Assembly: GCA_963771355.1 (NCBI GenBank)
Contig: CAVYTA010000007.1
Location: 480,001-544,000 of the forward strand
Direction: 5' to 3'
From: an uncultured Candidatus Rokubacteria bacterium
Lineage (GTDB): Bacteria; Methylomirabilota; Methylomirabilia; Rokubacteriales; CSP1-6
DNA length: 64,000 nucleotides
The notes under the pieces are model-generated. The model was not told the origin of the DNA. It saw only the letters and a program-made list of their open reading frames with translations, and made no database searches. Every line of letters starts with the position of its first letter. The stretch's first letter is position 1. The position numbers were made by a program, and so were the translations under genes. Shown here one piece after another: positions 18,872 to 27,565 of this stretch.

Positions 18872-19528
18872 CTACCGCAGCGCGTGCGCGAAGGCGAGAT
18901 ACCGGAAGCTGACTTCCTCGGCGTATCGGTCCTGCGGCCGGTTCTCGGTGGCCTTGTCGGGGTTCCGGTTGTACGCGCGGAGCGCGGTGGCGTTGAAGCC
19001 ATAGCGCTGGATTTGCCAGCGTAGGTAGGTCGTCCCCACCCGGATATTGAACTTGGGATCCGCCAGCGATCCCAGCGACGCGTAGGTCCCGTTCTTCCCC
19101 ATCTCCGGCGGCGTGTACGGAAGTCCCATCCGCTTCACCACCAGCTCGGCGGTGGACGGCATGATCTGCATGAGCCCGACCTCGCCCGACTTGCCGATGG
19201 CGTCGGGCTTGAAGCCGCTCTCCTTGTCGGCGATGGCGAGGACGATGCGGAAGTCGAGGTCCGAGGCCTGGGTGATCTCGAGCAAGGTGTGCGGGAAGCC
19301 CGCGAAGTCACGGATGGTGGCCTGAGGATTCCGCTCCACGATCAGCGCGATGATCCGCTGCTCCAGCTCCACCCGCCCCTGATCGACCCGTTCCTGGGCG
19401 AGCCGTCCCTGCGTGATGCCACCCGCGTAGAACAACGGTACGGCGGCGATCAAGAGCACGAGCGCGATGACCTGAAGCCACGCGCTGCGACGCTCGACGA
19501 ACCGTCGGGCGATTGCCGTTGCCTGCAT
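18872..19528 (-). CDS. Lytic transglycosylase (SLT domain) with N-terminal TM
   Basis: AIADKESGF, GLMQIMP, NIRVGTTYL and ALRAYN. RBS GGAGG. Confidence 0.88.
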   Translation of the reverse strand: MQATAIARRFVERRSAWLQVIALVLLIAAVPLFYAGGITQGRLAQERVDQGRVELEQRIIALIVERNPQATIRDFAGFPHTLLEITQASDLDFRIVLAIADKESGFKPDAIGKSGEVGLMQIMPSTAELVVKRMGLPYTPPEMGKNGTYASLGSLADPKFNIRVGTTYLRWQIQRYGFNATALRAYNRNPDKATENRPQDRYAEEVSFRYLAFAHALR

Positions 19529-19602
19529 GGTCTTGGTTCCTCCGGATTGAATTTCGTTCATCTTTCGTGCGCGATGCTGCGGCGTTGACGAGCAGTAAAG
19601 GG

Positions 19603-19617
19603 GCAAGCGGTGTGCCA
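19603..19617 (-). promoter_or_regulatory. sigma54 promoter for the SLT gene
   Basis: Minus strand reads TGGCACACCGCTTGC. Confidence 0.78.
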
Positions 19618-19764
19618 TGGAGACGCCCCGCGGGAAGGCTGCGACTACAGCGACATGACACCGCGCAAGTTGTTCATGCTTCAAGGTTGTCAGATCCGCC
19701 GACACCCCGGACGGGGCCCGGGGACCTTTCGGGGCGCTCCCACGAGGGAGAGGGCCTCCGCCGG

Positions 19765-19790
19765 GGGGGCCCTCATTTTCGAGGGCCCCC
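19765..19790. repeat. GC-rich palindrome (REP-like)
   Basis: GGGGGCCCTC-ATTTTC-GAGGGCCCCC; a related copy is at 63561-63581. Confidence 0.55.
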
Positions 19791-19866
19791 TCTCAGACCG
19801 CGGGAACCCCATCGCCGACGAAAGAATTGCAGCCAACAATTTCAGCTACTTGACGGTCATTTTCGC

Positions 19867-19882
19867 TGGCAGCGACCTTGCT
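19867..19882 (+). promoter_or_regulatory. sigma54 promoter for the FecR-domain gene
   Basis: TGGCAGCGACCTTGCT, with IHF-like TTTCAGCTACTTG at 19840-19852. Confidence 0.72.
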
Positions 19883-19927
19883 ATTCAGGTGGTCAAGATG
19901 TCGTCATCCCTGAAGGAGGACCACCTG

Positions 19928-21258
19928 ATGCGTGCCCACTCCTCGAGATTCGCGGCCGCGCTGCTCGCGCTGGCACTCGGCCCTACTTCTGTATTTGCTC
20001 AGACTCCCGACGCGGTCGGGGTCGTGACCACGCTGTCCGGCCACGCCACCGTGGCCCGGGTCGGCCTGACCGAGCCCGCCTCGATGCGGTTCCGCGATCC
20101 TGTCTTCACCCGGGACCGCATCAGCACCGGCGAGAAGTCCATTGTCCGGGTGTTGCTGGGCGGCAAGGCCGTGGTGACCGCGCGCGAGCTCTCCGTCCTC
20201 ACCATCAATGAGGAGCCCCTCCGCTCCACGGTCATCCTCGGCTCGGGGAAAGTGGGCGCGAGCGTGCTCAAGGACCGCATGAAGTCCGGCGAGACCATCG
20301 AGTTCCGGACACCCAATGCGGTGGCGGTGGTGCGGGGCACGGTCCTGGTGGTGGAAGTGACCGAAGGTCCGGTCCCGGCCAGCGGCGGCCCGGCACCGGT
20401 CACCACGACGGTGTCCGTGATTCACGGCGCGGTGGACGTCTTCGCCCTCAAGGGGGGAACGATGACGCCCGTGCGCGTGGGCAGTCAGGAAAGCGTGCGC
20501 GTGACGGAGGGCCGACTGGGCACACTGCAGACGCTCACGCCTCCGGAGTCGCGTGCCCTCACCGCGGACCTCGAAGTGGCCCCGGACCGGCAGCACCAGA
20601 CCAAGAGTGTCCCCCAGGACGTCCGGCGGGCGATCGGCGCGCGTGAGCAGGCCAAGGCGGCGGCGCTCGTCGGCGCTCTCGCTCCGGCGGCGGGGACAAG
20701 CGGTGCGACACGGGCCGACACCTCCGCGCTCACCGCGGACGCGGTGAAGGGCGTGACCGGCACGCTGGACGGCGAGGTCGGGTCCGTGGACAACGTGCTC
20801 CTCGAGGCCAGCCGCCCCGTGCTCGAACTCGGCGGCAAGGTCGTCGGCACGGTGGGCACCGTGGTCACCGCGACCACCGACACCGTGCTCGGGCAGGGCA
20901 CCGTCGGCACCGTGAGTGGCTCGAGCGGCAACACCGTAGGGGGCGTCGTGACTGGTATCAGTACCTCGGTAGGCGGGAGCCTCACAGGCGGCAGTCTTAC
21001 GGGCAGTAGTCTCAAGGGCAGCAGTCTCACCGGCAGCAGTCTCACGGGCACCAGCCTCACTGGCAGCAGTCTCACCTGGCAGCAGTCTCACGCGGCAGCA
21101 GTCTCACCGGCACCAGCCTCACCGGCACCAGTCCCACCAGTGGCGGTGGCGTCACCAGCACCGGCGGCGGGACCAGCCTTTTGGGTGGCGTCACGGGCAC
21201 TGTGACCGGAGTGGTGGGCCCCGTCACCGGCGCGGTGGGCGGGCTGCTGCGACGCTGA
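19928..21258 (+). CDS. Secreted FecR-domain protein with a Gly/Ser/Thr pentapeptide-repeat tail; two +1 frameshifts in the repeat (stop at 21205 as read, 21258 if restored)
   Basis: RBS AAGGAGG, signal peptide and FecR motif DRISTG...TPNAVAVVRGT. The GSSLT repeat continues in the shifted frame to ...GAVGGLLRR*. Confidence 0.75.
20972..21138 (+). repeat. 11 x 15-bp coding tandem repeat (GGCAGCAGTCTCACC; GSSLT)
   Basis: Counted directly. Units 7 and 8 are 16 bp long (extra bases at about 21077 and 21093). Confidence 0.9.
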
Positions 21259-21289
21259 GCTCCCTTTTTCTCCGCGCTACAATGATAGG

Positions 21290-22084
21290 GTGAAGGTCTC
21301 GCTTCTCGCGCTGGGGATGTCCCTGCTCGTCTCCACCGCCGCCCTGCCGGCCAGCGCGCAAAAGCGCGTGCCGGCGAGCGGCACCGCGCCGGCGGCGCGG
21401 CCCCAGGGCCCGGTGCGCCCACGTGAGACCGACACTGCGCGGCTTGAGCGCCTGGCCGCCGAGGTGGTTCGTACCACGCGGGAGTACCGGGCAAGCCTGG
21501 AGCGAATGCTCGTCATCTACCAGGGCGAGGCCGAGAGTCTCGCCGAGCTCGTCGAGGTCCGGCGCGATCTCCACCAGCGCGAGATCGTCTCCAAGCACGA
21601 GCTCGAGATCGCGGAACGCTTGCTCGCCGAGGCGCAGGCCAAGGTGACGGAGACCGAGCGCTGGATGCAGGACGCCGACAAGATCATCGGCGAGGCCACG
21701 GTGCACAGCGAGATCGCCAAGCTGCCACCGCTGCCCTCGGGCGGTTATCTCGCCACCAGCGTCTTCATTCGCTTCAACGGCTCCGCGCCCTTCTCGCTCG
21801 CCGAGGTGCCCCGCCTGGAGCGCTTCTTCGCGGGCCGTTTCGGACGCCCGCTGCCCATCAGCGCGCTCGGCCAGAGCCAGGCGCACGACCGCATCGGCTT
21901 CGACCATCGCAATGCGGTGGACGTCGCGGTGCATCCTGACAGCCCGGAGGGCCTGGCGCTGATGGGCTATCTCCAGGGCCAGAGCATCCCGTTCGTGGCC
22001 GTGCGCCAGGCGGTGCCCGGCTCGGCCACCGGCGCCCATATCCACATCGGCCAGCCGTCGCGGAGAATCGCCGGTCGACCCTGA
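21290..22084 (+). CDS. Secreted coiled-coil protein with a putative C-terminal Zn-peptidase-like domain
   Basis: Signal peptide, long helical region, DHRNAVD and SATGAHIHIG. Confidence 0.7.
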   Translation: MKVSLLALGMSLLVSTAALPASAQKRVPASGTAPAARPQGPVRPRETDTARLERLAAEVVRTTREYRASLERMLVIYQGEAESLAELVEVRRDLHQREIVSKHELEIAERLLAEAQAKVTETERWMQDADKIIGEATVHSEIAKLPPLPSGGYLATSVFIRFNGSAPFSLAEVPRLERFFAGRFGRPLPISALGQSQAHDRIGFDHRNAVDVAVHPDSPEGLALMGYLQGQSIPFVAVRQAVPGSATGAHIHIGQPSRRIAGRP

Positions 22085-22135
22085 CGGATTCCGGTATATT
22101 GGCGGCGATTCCGGTTTCGTCGACCGGAGGAACAC

Positions 22136-23539
22136 GTGGACGCCGCCGACTCTACCCGCACGATTCGTCCTGCCATCCTGGTGGTCGACGACGACCCCGG
22201 CCTCCGGGAGTCGTTCCGCCTGATCCTCGAGGACGAGTACGAGGTCCTCGACGTGCCGGACGGCGCGCAGGCTCTGGACATCGTCCGCTCCTACCAGGTG
22301 GATCTGGTGCTCCTCGACATCCGCCTGCCCGGCATGGACGGGCTCGAGGTCCTGGAGCGCATCAAGGCCCTCGACGAGCAGCTCGACGTGATCCTGGTCA
22401 CCGCGATCAAGACCGTCCGCACCGCGGTGTCGGCCATGAAGCTGGGCGCGCTCGACTACCTCACCAAGCCCTTCGACGAGGAGGAGGTGCTGGCCGTCAT
22501 CCGTCGGGCTCTCGAGAAGCGCGCCCTTGAGCGCGAGGTGGTCTTCCTGCGCTCCGAGCTGGCCCGCCGGGAAGACCTCTACGAGATGATCGGGCAGTCC
22601 GCCGAGATGCGGCGGCTCCACGGGCTGGTGGCCCAGGTGGCGCGCACTACCGCCACCGTGCTCATCACGGGGGAGAGCGGCACCGGCAAGGAGCTTCTCG
22701 CCCGCGCCGTTCACCGGCAGGGACCTCGCCGGGACCGGCCCTTCGTGGCGGTGAATCCGGCCGCCATCGCCGAGTCCCTCATGGAGACCGAGCTCTTCGG
22801 CCATGAGCGCGGCGCGTTCACGGGCGCGTACCAGCGCAAGCTCGGACGCTTCGAGCAGGCGCAGGGCGGCACGCTTTTCCTGGACGAGATCGGCGCGCTC
22901 CGCCCGGAGATGCAGGCCAAGCTCCTCCGCGTGCTCCAGGAACGGGAGATCGAGCGCGTGGGCGGTACCCACACCGTCAAGCTGGATCTGCGAATCATTG
23001 CGGCCACCAATACCGATCTCAAGCAGGCGGTGGCGGTCCAGACCTTCCGGGAGGACCTTTACTACCGCCTCAACGTCGTGCAGATCACCATGCCGTCCCT
23101 GCGTGACCGTCGGGACGACATCGGCGCGCTCGCCGACCACTTCGTCCGCCGCTATCGCCAGCAGTTCGGCAAGCCGATCGTGGGGGTGGCGCCCGACGCC
23201 CTGGAGACGCTGTCCGACTACTCCTGGCCGGGCAATGTGCGCGAGCTCCAGAACGTCATCGAGCGCTGCGTGGCCCTCGCGGAGGGTCCCCTCATCCGTC
23301 TCTCCGACCTGCCGCTGGAGTTCATGATCCCCGACGCGCGCAGCCGCGCGGACGCGGCCGGCAGTCTGGACCTCGAGGAAGCCCACGAGCAGTTCGAGCG
23401 GCAGATCGTCCGGCGCGTGCTGGACCGCGTGGACTGGAACCAGAGTGAGGCGGCCCGTCTCCTCGGTCTCCATCGCAACACGCTCAAGGTGAAGATGGCG
23501 CGCTGGAACCTCAAGCGGAGCGCGCCGGACTCGCGCTGA
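22136..23539 (+). CDS. sigma54-dependent response regulator (NtrC family: REC, AAA+, Fis HTH)
   Basis: GESGTGKE, ELFGHERGAFTGA, LFLDEIG, WPGNVREL and NQSEAARLLGLHRNTL. RBS GGAGG. Confidence 0.95.
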   Translation: MDAADSTRTIRPAILVVDDDPGLRESFRLILEDEYEVLDVPDGAQALDIVRSYQVDLVLLDIRLPGMDGLEVLERIKALDEQLDVILVTAIKTVRTAVSAMKLGALDYLTKPFDEEEVLAVIRRALEKRALEREVVFLRSELARREDLYEMIGQSAEMRRLHGLVAQVARTTATVLITGESGTGKELLARAVHRQGPRRDRPFVAVNPAAIAESLMETELFGHERGAFTGAYQRKLGRFEQAQGGTLFLDEIGALRPEMQAKLLRVLQEREIERVGGTHTVKLDLRIIAATNTDLKQAVAVQTFREDLYYRLNVVQITMPSLRDRRDDIGALADHFVRRYRQQFGKPIVGVAPDALETLSDYSWPGNVRELQNVIERCVALAEGPLIRLSDLPLEFMIPDARSRADAAGSLDLEEAHEQFERQIVRRVLDRVDWNQSEAARLLGLHRNTLKVKMARWNLKRSAPDSR

Positions 23540-23744
23540 GCCTGCCCTGAGGGCCTCCGATGCACTGTCGGCAGGGCACGAGTTCTAAGCGCGCGTCGGA
23601 GTTGGAGAATTCGGATCGAGATCCGCCGTTTCCCACGGAGCTGCCCTGCGCGTGGGGCAGCGCGTCATGCAAGCTTCGGGTTCATGACGGTGAAATTCTC
23701 TGACGCCATGGCCACTTGGCGCGCAGGCGCGCCGCGCATATTCG

Positions 23745-23760
23745 TGGCGCTCGATTTGCT
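23745..23760 (+). promoter_or_regulatory. sigma54 promoter upstream of the peptide ORF and SBP-kinase operon
   Basis: TGGCGCTCGATTTGCT (GG-N10-GC, with TTGCT). Confidence 0.72.
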
Positions 23761-23834
23761 CTATCCTCCCGCGCAGGCGGGCGCCTCATGGTGAGGTCCT
23801 CCCCGCCCAAACCTTTTGCTTGGGGGGAAGACCA

Positions 23835-23972
23835 ATGGTCAGGCTCGTTGCGATGCTAGCGATGCTCGCGTCCTTTCTGCTGGTGGGACCAGTGATCGAG
23901 TCGGGCACGTCGGAGTCCACGCAGATCTTCCAGGCCATCGGCACCGCGGACGGAAGCGGCGGGGGGGATTAG
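23835..23972 (+). CDS. 45-aa putative secreted peptide precursor MVRLVAMLAMLASFLLVGPVIESGTSESTQIFQAIGTADGSGGGD
   Basis: RBS-like GGGGGGAAG. The N-terminus is signal-like (Arg plus a hydrophobic core) and the C-terminus is polar. It lies between a sigma54 promoter and a hairpin. Not in the ORF track. Confidence 0.6.
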   Translation: MVRLVAMLAMLASFLLVGPVIESGTSESTQIFQAIGTADGSGGGD

Positions 23973-24029
23973 GACACGCGGTATCGCTCCGATGCAGGCT
24001 GGGATGGAGCCCGCTGCCCGGTCGGGACG

Positions 24030-24058
24030 AAGGGGGGCTTCGGCCCCCCTTTGCTCTT
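24030..24058 (+). terminator. Perfect hairpin with a cUUCGg tetraloop; attenuator or terminator-like
   Basis: AAGGGGGGC-TTCG-GCCCCCCTT followed by TGCTCTT. Confidence 0.55.
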
Positions 24059-25652
24059 CGCCGGCTTCGTGCTCGCGGCCGCGCTCCTGGTATGCGGTCA
24101 GCTCGCTCCCGCGACGGGGCAGGAGCGCCCGCCGGGCTCGCCCACGCTGTCCGCGGTCTACCGTCGACCGCTGGGCAACGATCCCGGCACGCTCGATCCG
24201 CCGCGCATCAGCGACACGTATGGCCGCTCGGTGGCGGAGCAGATCTTCGACGGCCTGGTTCAGTTCGATCAGACTCTCACCGTCAGCCCGGCGCTGGCCC
24301 GCTTCTGGAAAGCCTCGCGCGACGGCCTCACCTGGACCTTCAACCTTCGGCAGGGCGTGCGCTTCCATCACGGTCGGGAGCTCACCTCGGAGGACGTGGT
24401 CTACTCCCTCACCCGGCTCCTCGATCCGCGCCTCCGATCGGGCGCGGCCGAGCAATTCGCCGTGATCCGCGGCGCGCGAGAGTTCCGGGAGGGCAAGGTG
24501 AGCCGGGTGGAAGGCCTCCGCGCGATCGACCGCTATACCGTGGAGGTCTCGCTCACCGAGGCCTTCACGCCCTTCGTCTCCGTCCTCGCGGTCGGCCACG
24601 CGAAGATCGTTCCCAAGGAGCTGGCGGAGGCGCAGGGGGAGGCCTTCGGCACGCAGCCCGTCGGCACCGGACCCTACAAGTTCTCGCACTGGGAACGGGG
24701 AAAAGAGATCGCGCTCGTCGCCAACGGGGACTACTTCGGGGGCGCGCCCCAGCTCGCGCGCGTGCTCTATCGGATCTTCCCGGGGGAATCCAGCGATCAG
24801 ATCTGTCGGGAGTTCGAGCAGGGCAACCTCGAGGAGAGCCCGGTGCCCCCGGTCTGCCGGGGCAAGGTGGGCGACTCTCGCTACCTTCACGTGCAGCGCC
24901 CCACCTTCAGCGTGCGGTTTTACGGCTTCAACACGCGCTTCAAGCCGCTCAGCGACGAGCGGATCCGGATGGCCATCACGCATGCGCTGGACCGGGAACG
25001 GATCCTCCAGGAGATCTTCGCGGGCCGGTTTCAGGCCGCCCGTAGCATCCTCCCCCCGGGGATGCCGGGCCACAATCCGAGCATCAAGACCCCGCCGCAC
25101 GACCTGGCGCGGGCGCGGGCGCTGCTCCGCGCGGCGGGGTATCCCGAGGGCAAGGGGATTCCCGTCATCCCGATCTGGTCGAGCGTGAGGAGCCCGCGGA
25201 TCGAGAGCGAGCTCGCCGCGATCAAGACGCAGCTCCACGCGATCGGCATCCACGCGGAAACCAACTTCGAGACCGACTGGCCAGTCTTCTCGAAGCGCCT
25301 GGTCGAAGGTCGGCTGCCCATGTTCCTCTATGCGTGGCACGCGGAGCTGCCCGATCCGGACAGCTTCCTGTTTCAGCTCTTCCACTCGAAGAGCCCGCGT
25401 AACCCCACCGGGTATGCCAATCCCGTGGTGGACGCGCTGCTCGTCCAGGCCCGCCGGGAAAAAGACATCCTGCGCCGGAAGGAGATCTACCAGCGGGCGG
25501 AGCCTCTGATCCTCGAAGATGCCCCGGTGATCCCGGTGTGGCACTACGCCTACGAGCGGCTCTTCCAGGGATATGTCCGCAACGTCGAGGTCAGCGGGCT
25601 CGGCGAGGCCTATATCCCCCTCCGCAAGATCTGGCTGGAGGACCGTCGGTGA
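24051..25652 (+). CDS. Family 5 (OppA/DppA-like) extracellular solute-binding protein with no permease; start uncertain
   Basis: TLDP, IFDGLV, PALA..W..S.DGLTWTFNLRQGVRFHHG, PVGTGPY and WHAELPDPD. Confidence 0.9.
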   Translation: MLFAGFVLAAALLVCGQLAPATGQERPPGSPTLSAVYRRPLGNDPGTLDPPRISDTYGRSVAEQIFDGLVQFDQTLTVSPALARFWKASRDGLTWTFNLRQGVRFHHGRELTSEDVVYSLTRLLDPRLRSGAAEQFAVIRGAREFREGKVSRVEGLRAIDRYTVEVSLTEAFTPFVSVLAVGHAKIVPKELAEAQGEAFGTQPVGTGPYKFSHWERGKEIALVANGDYFGGAPQLARVLYRIFPGESSDQICREFEQGNLEESPVPPVCRGKVGDSRYLHVQRPTFSVRFYGFNTRFKPLSDERIRMAITHALDRERILQEIFAGRFQAARSILPPGMPGHNPSIKTPPHDLARARALLRAAGYPEGKGIPVIPIWSSVRSPRIESELAAIKTQLHAIGIHAETNFETDWPVFSKRLVEGRLPMFLYAWHAELPDPDSFLFQLFHSKSPRNPTGYANPVVDALLVQARREKDILRRKEIYQRAEPLILEDAPVIPVWHYAYERLFQGYVRNVEVSGLGEAYIPLRKIWLEDRR

Positions 25653-27565
25653 TCGGGGGCCGCGTCCATCGCCGCCTCGGCCTCCGCCTGGGCTCGCTCC
25701 AGGCGCGCTTCCTGTTGGGCTCCGTCCTGATCTTCCTGGTGGTGATGACGGGAGTGCTCGCGGTGGTGGAGTACGGGCAGCGCGCGGCCATCATCGAAGA
25801 AGTGCTGCGCCGGGGAGAAGTGATCACGCGCGATCTGGCCGCCATCTCGTCCCCGTCGCTCCTGCTCTACAGCTTCACCGATCTCGAGCAAAATGTGGAC
25901 CGGGTGCGGGCCAATGCGGACGTGGTGTACGCCATCATCGTGGACGCCGAGGGCAAGGTGGCGGCCCACAGCGGGCGTCCGGAGCTGGTGGGCCGGGTGC
26001 TCTCGGCGCCGCTGGACCGGCGCGCGGTGGCCACCGACGTGCTCCTCGTGCAGGAGACGCTGCGGCAGAGCCGCCACGACGGCGTGTATGACTTCGCCGT
26101 CCCGGTGCTGGTGGGCGCGCAGCGCTGGGGGACCGCCCGGGTCGGGTTGTCCAAGCGGCGCATGGAGGACCAGATCTTCCGGACCCGTCTGGAGCTGGCC
26201 GGGCTCACGGTGATCACGCTCCTCGTCGGCGGCCTCGCCGCCGCCCTGGTGGCTCGCCGCATCGCGCGCCCGGTGCGCGAGCTGGCCGCCGGCGCGGAGG
26301 CCATCGCGCGCGGGGAACTGGACCAGCGCATCGCGCCCACCGGACTCGGCGAGATCGGCCAGCTCGCGCTGGCCTTCAATCACATGGCCGCGCAGCTCCT
26401 CCAGCAGCGGAACGATCTCGAGGCCACCCACGCCGAGGTCCGGGTCCGCTTTCAGGAAGTCGCGGACCTCAAGCGCTATACCGACAGTATCCTGTCCTCG
26501 ATCACCAGCGGCATCGTGACCCTGGATCTGGACGGACGCGTGGCCACGATGAATCCCGCCGCCGAGATCCTCACCGGGCTCTTCGCCGAGGAGATCACGG
26601 GGCGCTACTGCGCGGAGGTCTTCGCCCACACCCCGGAAGTGGCGGAGATCCTCATGGAAACCCTGTCCAGCCGGTCGGGTACCGCCAACGTCTCGCTCAC
26701 CCTGCGCCGACTCAACGGCACCACCGTGCCGGTCGAGATGGGGACCGCCCCTCTTCGGCGGCTGGAGGGCAAGGACCTGGGCGTGGTGGGCGTGTTCCGC
26801 GACGTCAGCCAGGTCCGCGAGCTGGAGGGACAGCTCCGGCGCTCCGACCGGCTCGCCGCACTGGGCACGCTGGCCGCCGGCCTCGCGCACGAGATCAAGA
26901 ACCCGCTCGCCTCCCTGCGCACCTTCACCCGCATCATCCCGCGCAAGTTCGAGGACCCGCGCTTCCGCGAGACCTTCATGCGCGTGGTGCCGCACGAGCT
27001 GGAGCGGATCAACGGCATCGTGGAGCAGCTCCTCGAGCTCGCCCGGCCCAGCCGGCTCCGCCCGGCTCCCACCGCGATCCCGGTGCTGCTCGACCGGGTG
27101 CTCGAGCTGTACGCCAACGAGCTCGACACCAAGCAGGTGGTGGTGGTGCGCGAGTACGCGCGCGACCTGCCCACCCTCGGCGCGGACCAGGACCGCCTCT
27201 ACGAGGCGTTCGTCAACCTCGTGAGCAATGCGCTGGAGGCGATGGAAACGGGCGGACGGCTCACCGTCCGCACCGGCTGGCACCGCGGCGCCGAGGCGGA
27301 GGCGGGCGGCACGGGCCGGCGACGGATGCGCGTCGAGATCGAGGATTCGGGCAGCGGCATCTCTCCCTCGGAGGCCGACAAAGTGTTCGATCCGTTCTTC
27401 ACGACCAAGGCGGCGGGGACCGGTCTCGGGCTTGCGCTGACCCACAAGATCATCGAGGACCACGGCGGCAGCATCAGCTTCCGCAGTGCTCCCGGCGTGG
27501 GCACCACGTTCACGGTGGTGCTGCCCATGGTCGCGGAGCGGCCGTCGGGAGAGCGCGATGCCTAA
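25649..27565 (+). CDS. Membrane sensor histidine kinase (periplasmic sensor, HAMP, PAS, HisKA, HATPase; NtrB/AtoS-like)
   Basis: GTGA overlap with the SBP stop, 2 TM, HAMP, PAS (MNPAAE), AHEIKNPL and FFTTKAAGTGLGL. Confidence 0.92.
   Translation: MIGGRVHRRLGLRLGSLQARFLLGSVLIFLVVMTGVLAVVEYGQRAAIIEEVLRRGEVITRDLAAISSPSLLLYSFTDLEQNVDRVRANADVVYAIIVDAEGKVAAHSGRPELVGRVLSAPLDRRAVATDVLLVQETLRQSRHDGVYDFAVPVLVGAQRWGTARVGLSKRRMEDQIFRTRLELAGLTVITLLVGGLAAALVARRIARPVRELAAGAEAIARGELDQRIAPTGLGEIGQLALAFNHMAAQLLQQRNDLEATHAEVRVRFQEVADLKRYTDSILSSITSGIVTLDLDGRVATMNPAAEILTGLFAEEITGRYCAEVFAHTPEVAEILMETLSSRSGTANVSLTLRRLNGTTVPVEMGTAPLRRLEGKDLGVVGVFRDVSQVRELEGQLRRSDRLAALGTLAAGLAHEIKNPLASLRTFTRIIPRKFEDPRFRETFMRVVPHELERINGIVEQLLELARPSRLRPAPTAIPVLLDRVLELYANELDTKQVVVVREYARDLPTLGADQDRLYEAFVNLVSNALEAMETGGRLTVRTGWHRGAEAEAGGTGRRRMRVEIEDSGSGISPSEADKVFDPFFTTKAAGTGLGLALTHKIIEDHGGSISFRSAPGVGTTFTVVLPMVAERPSGERDA

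Noticed and set aside
20972..21138. Repeat array considered as CRISPR
   Set aside because: 15-bp adjacent coding units with wobble variation, no spacers and no cas genes.
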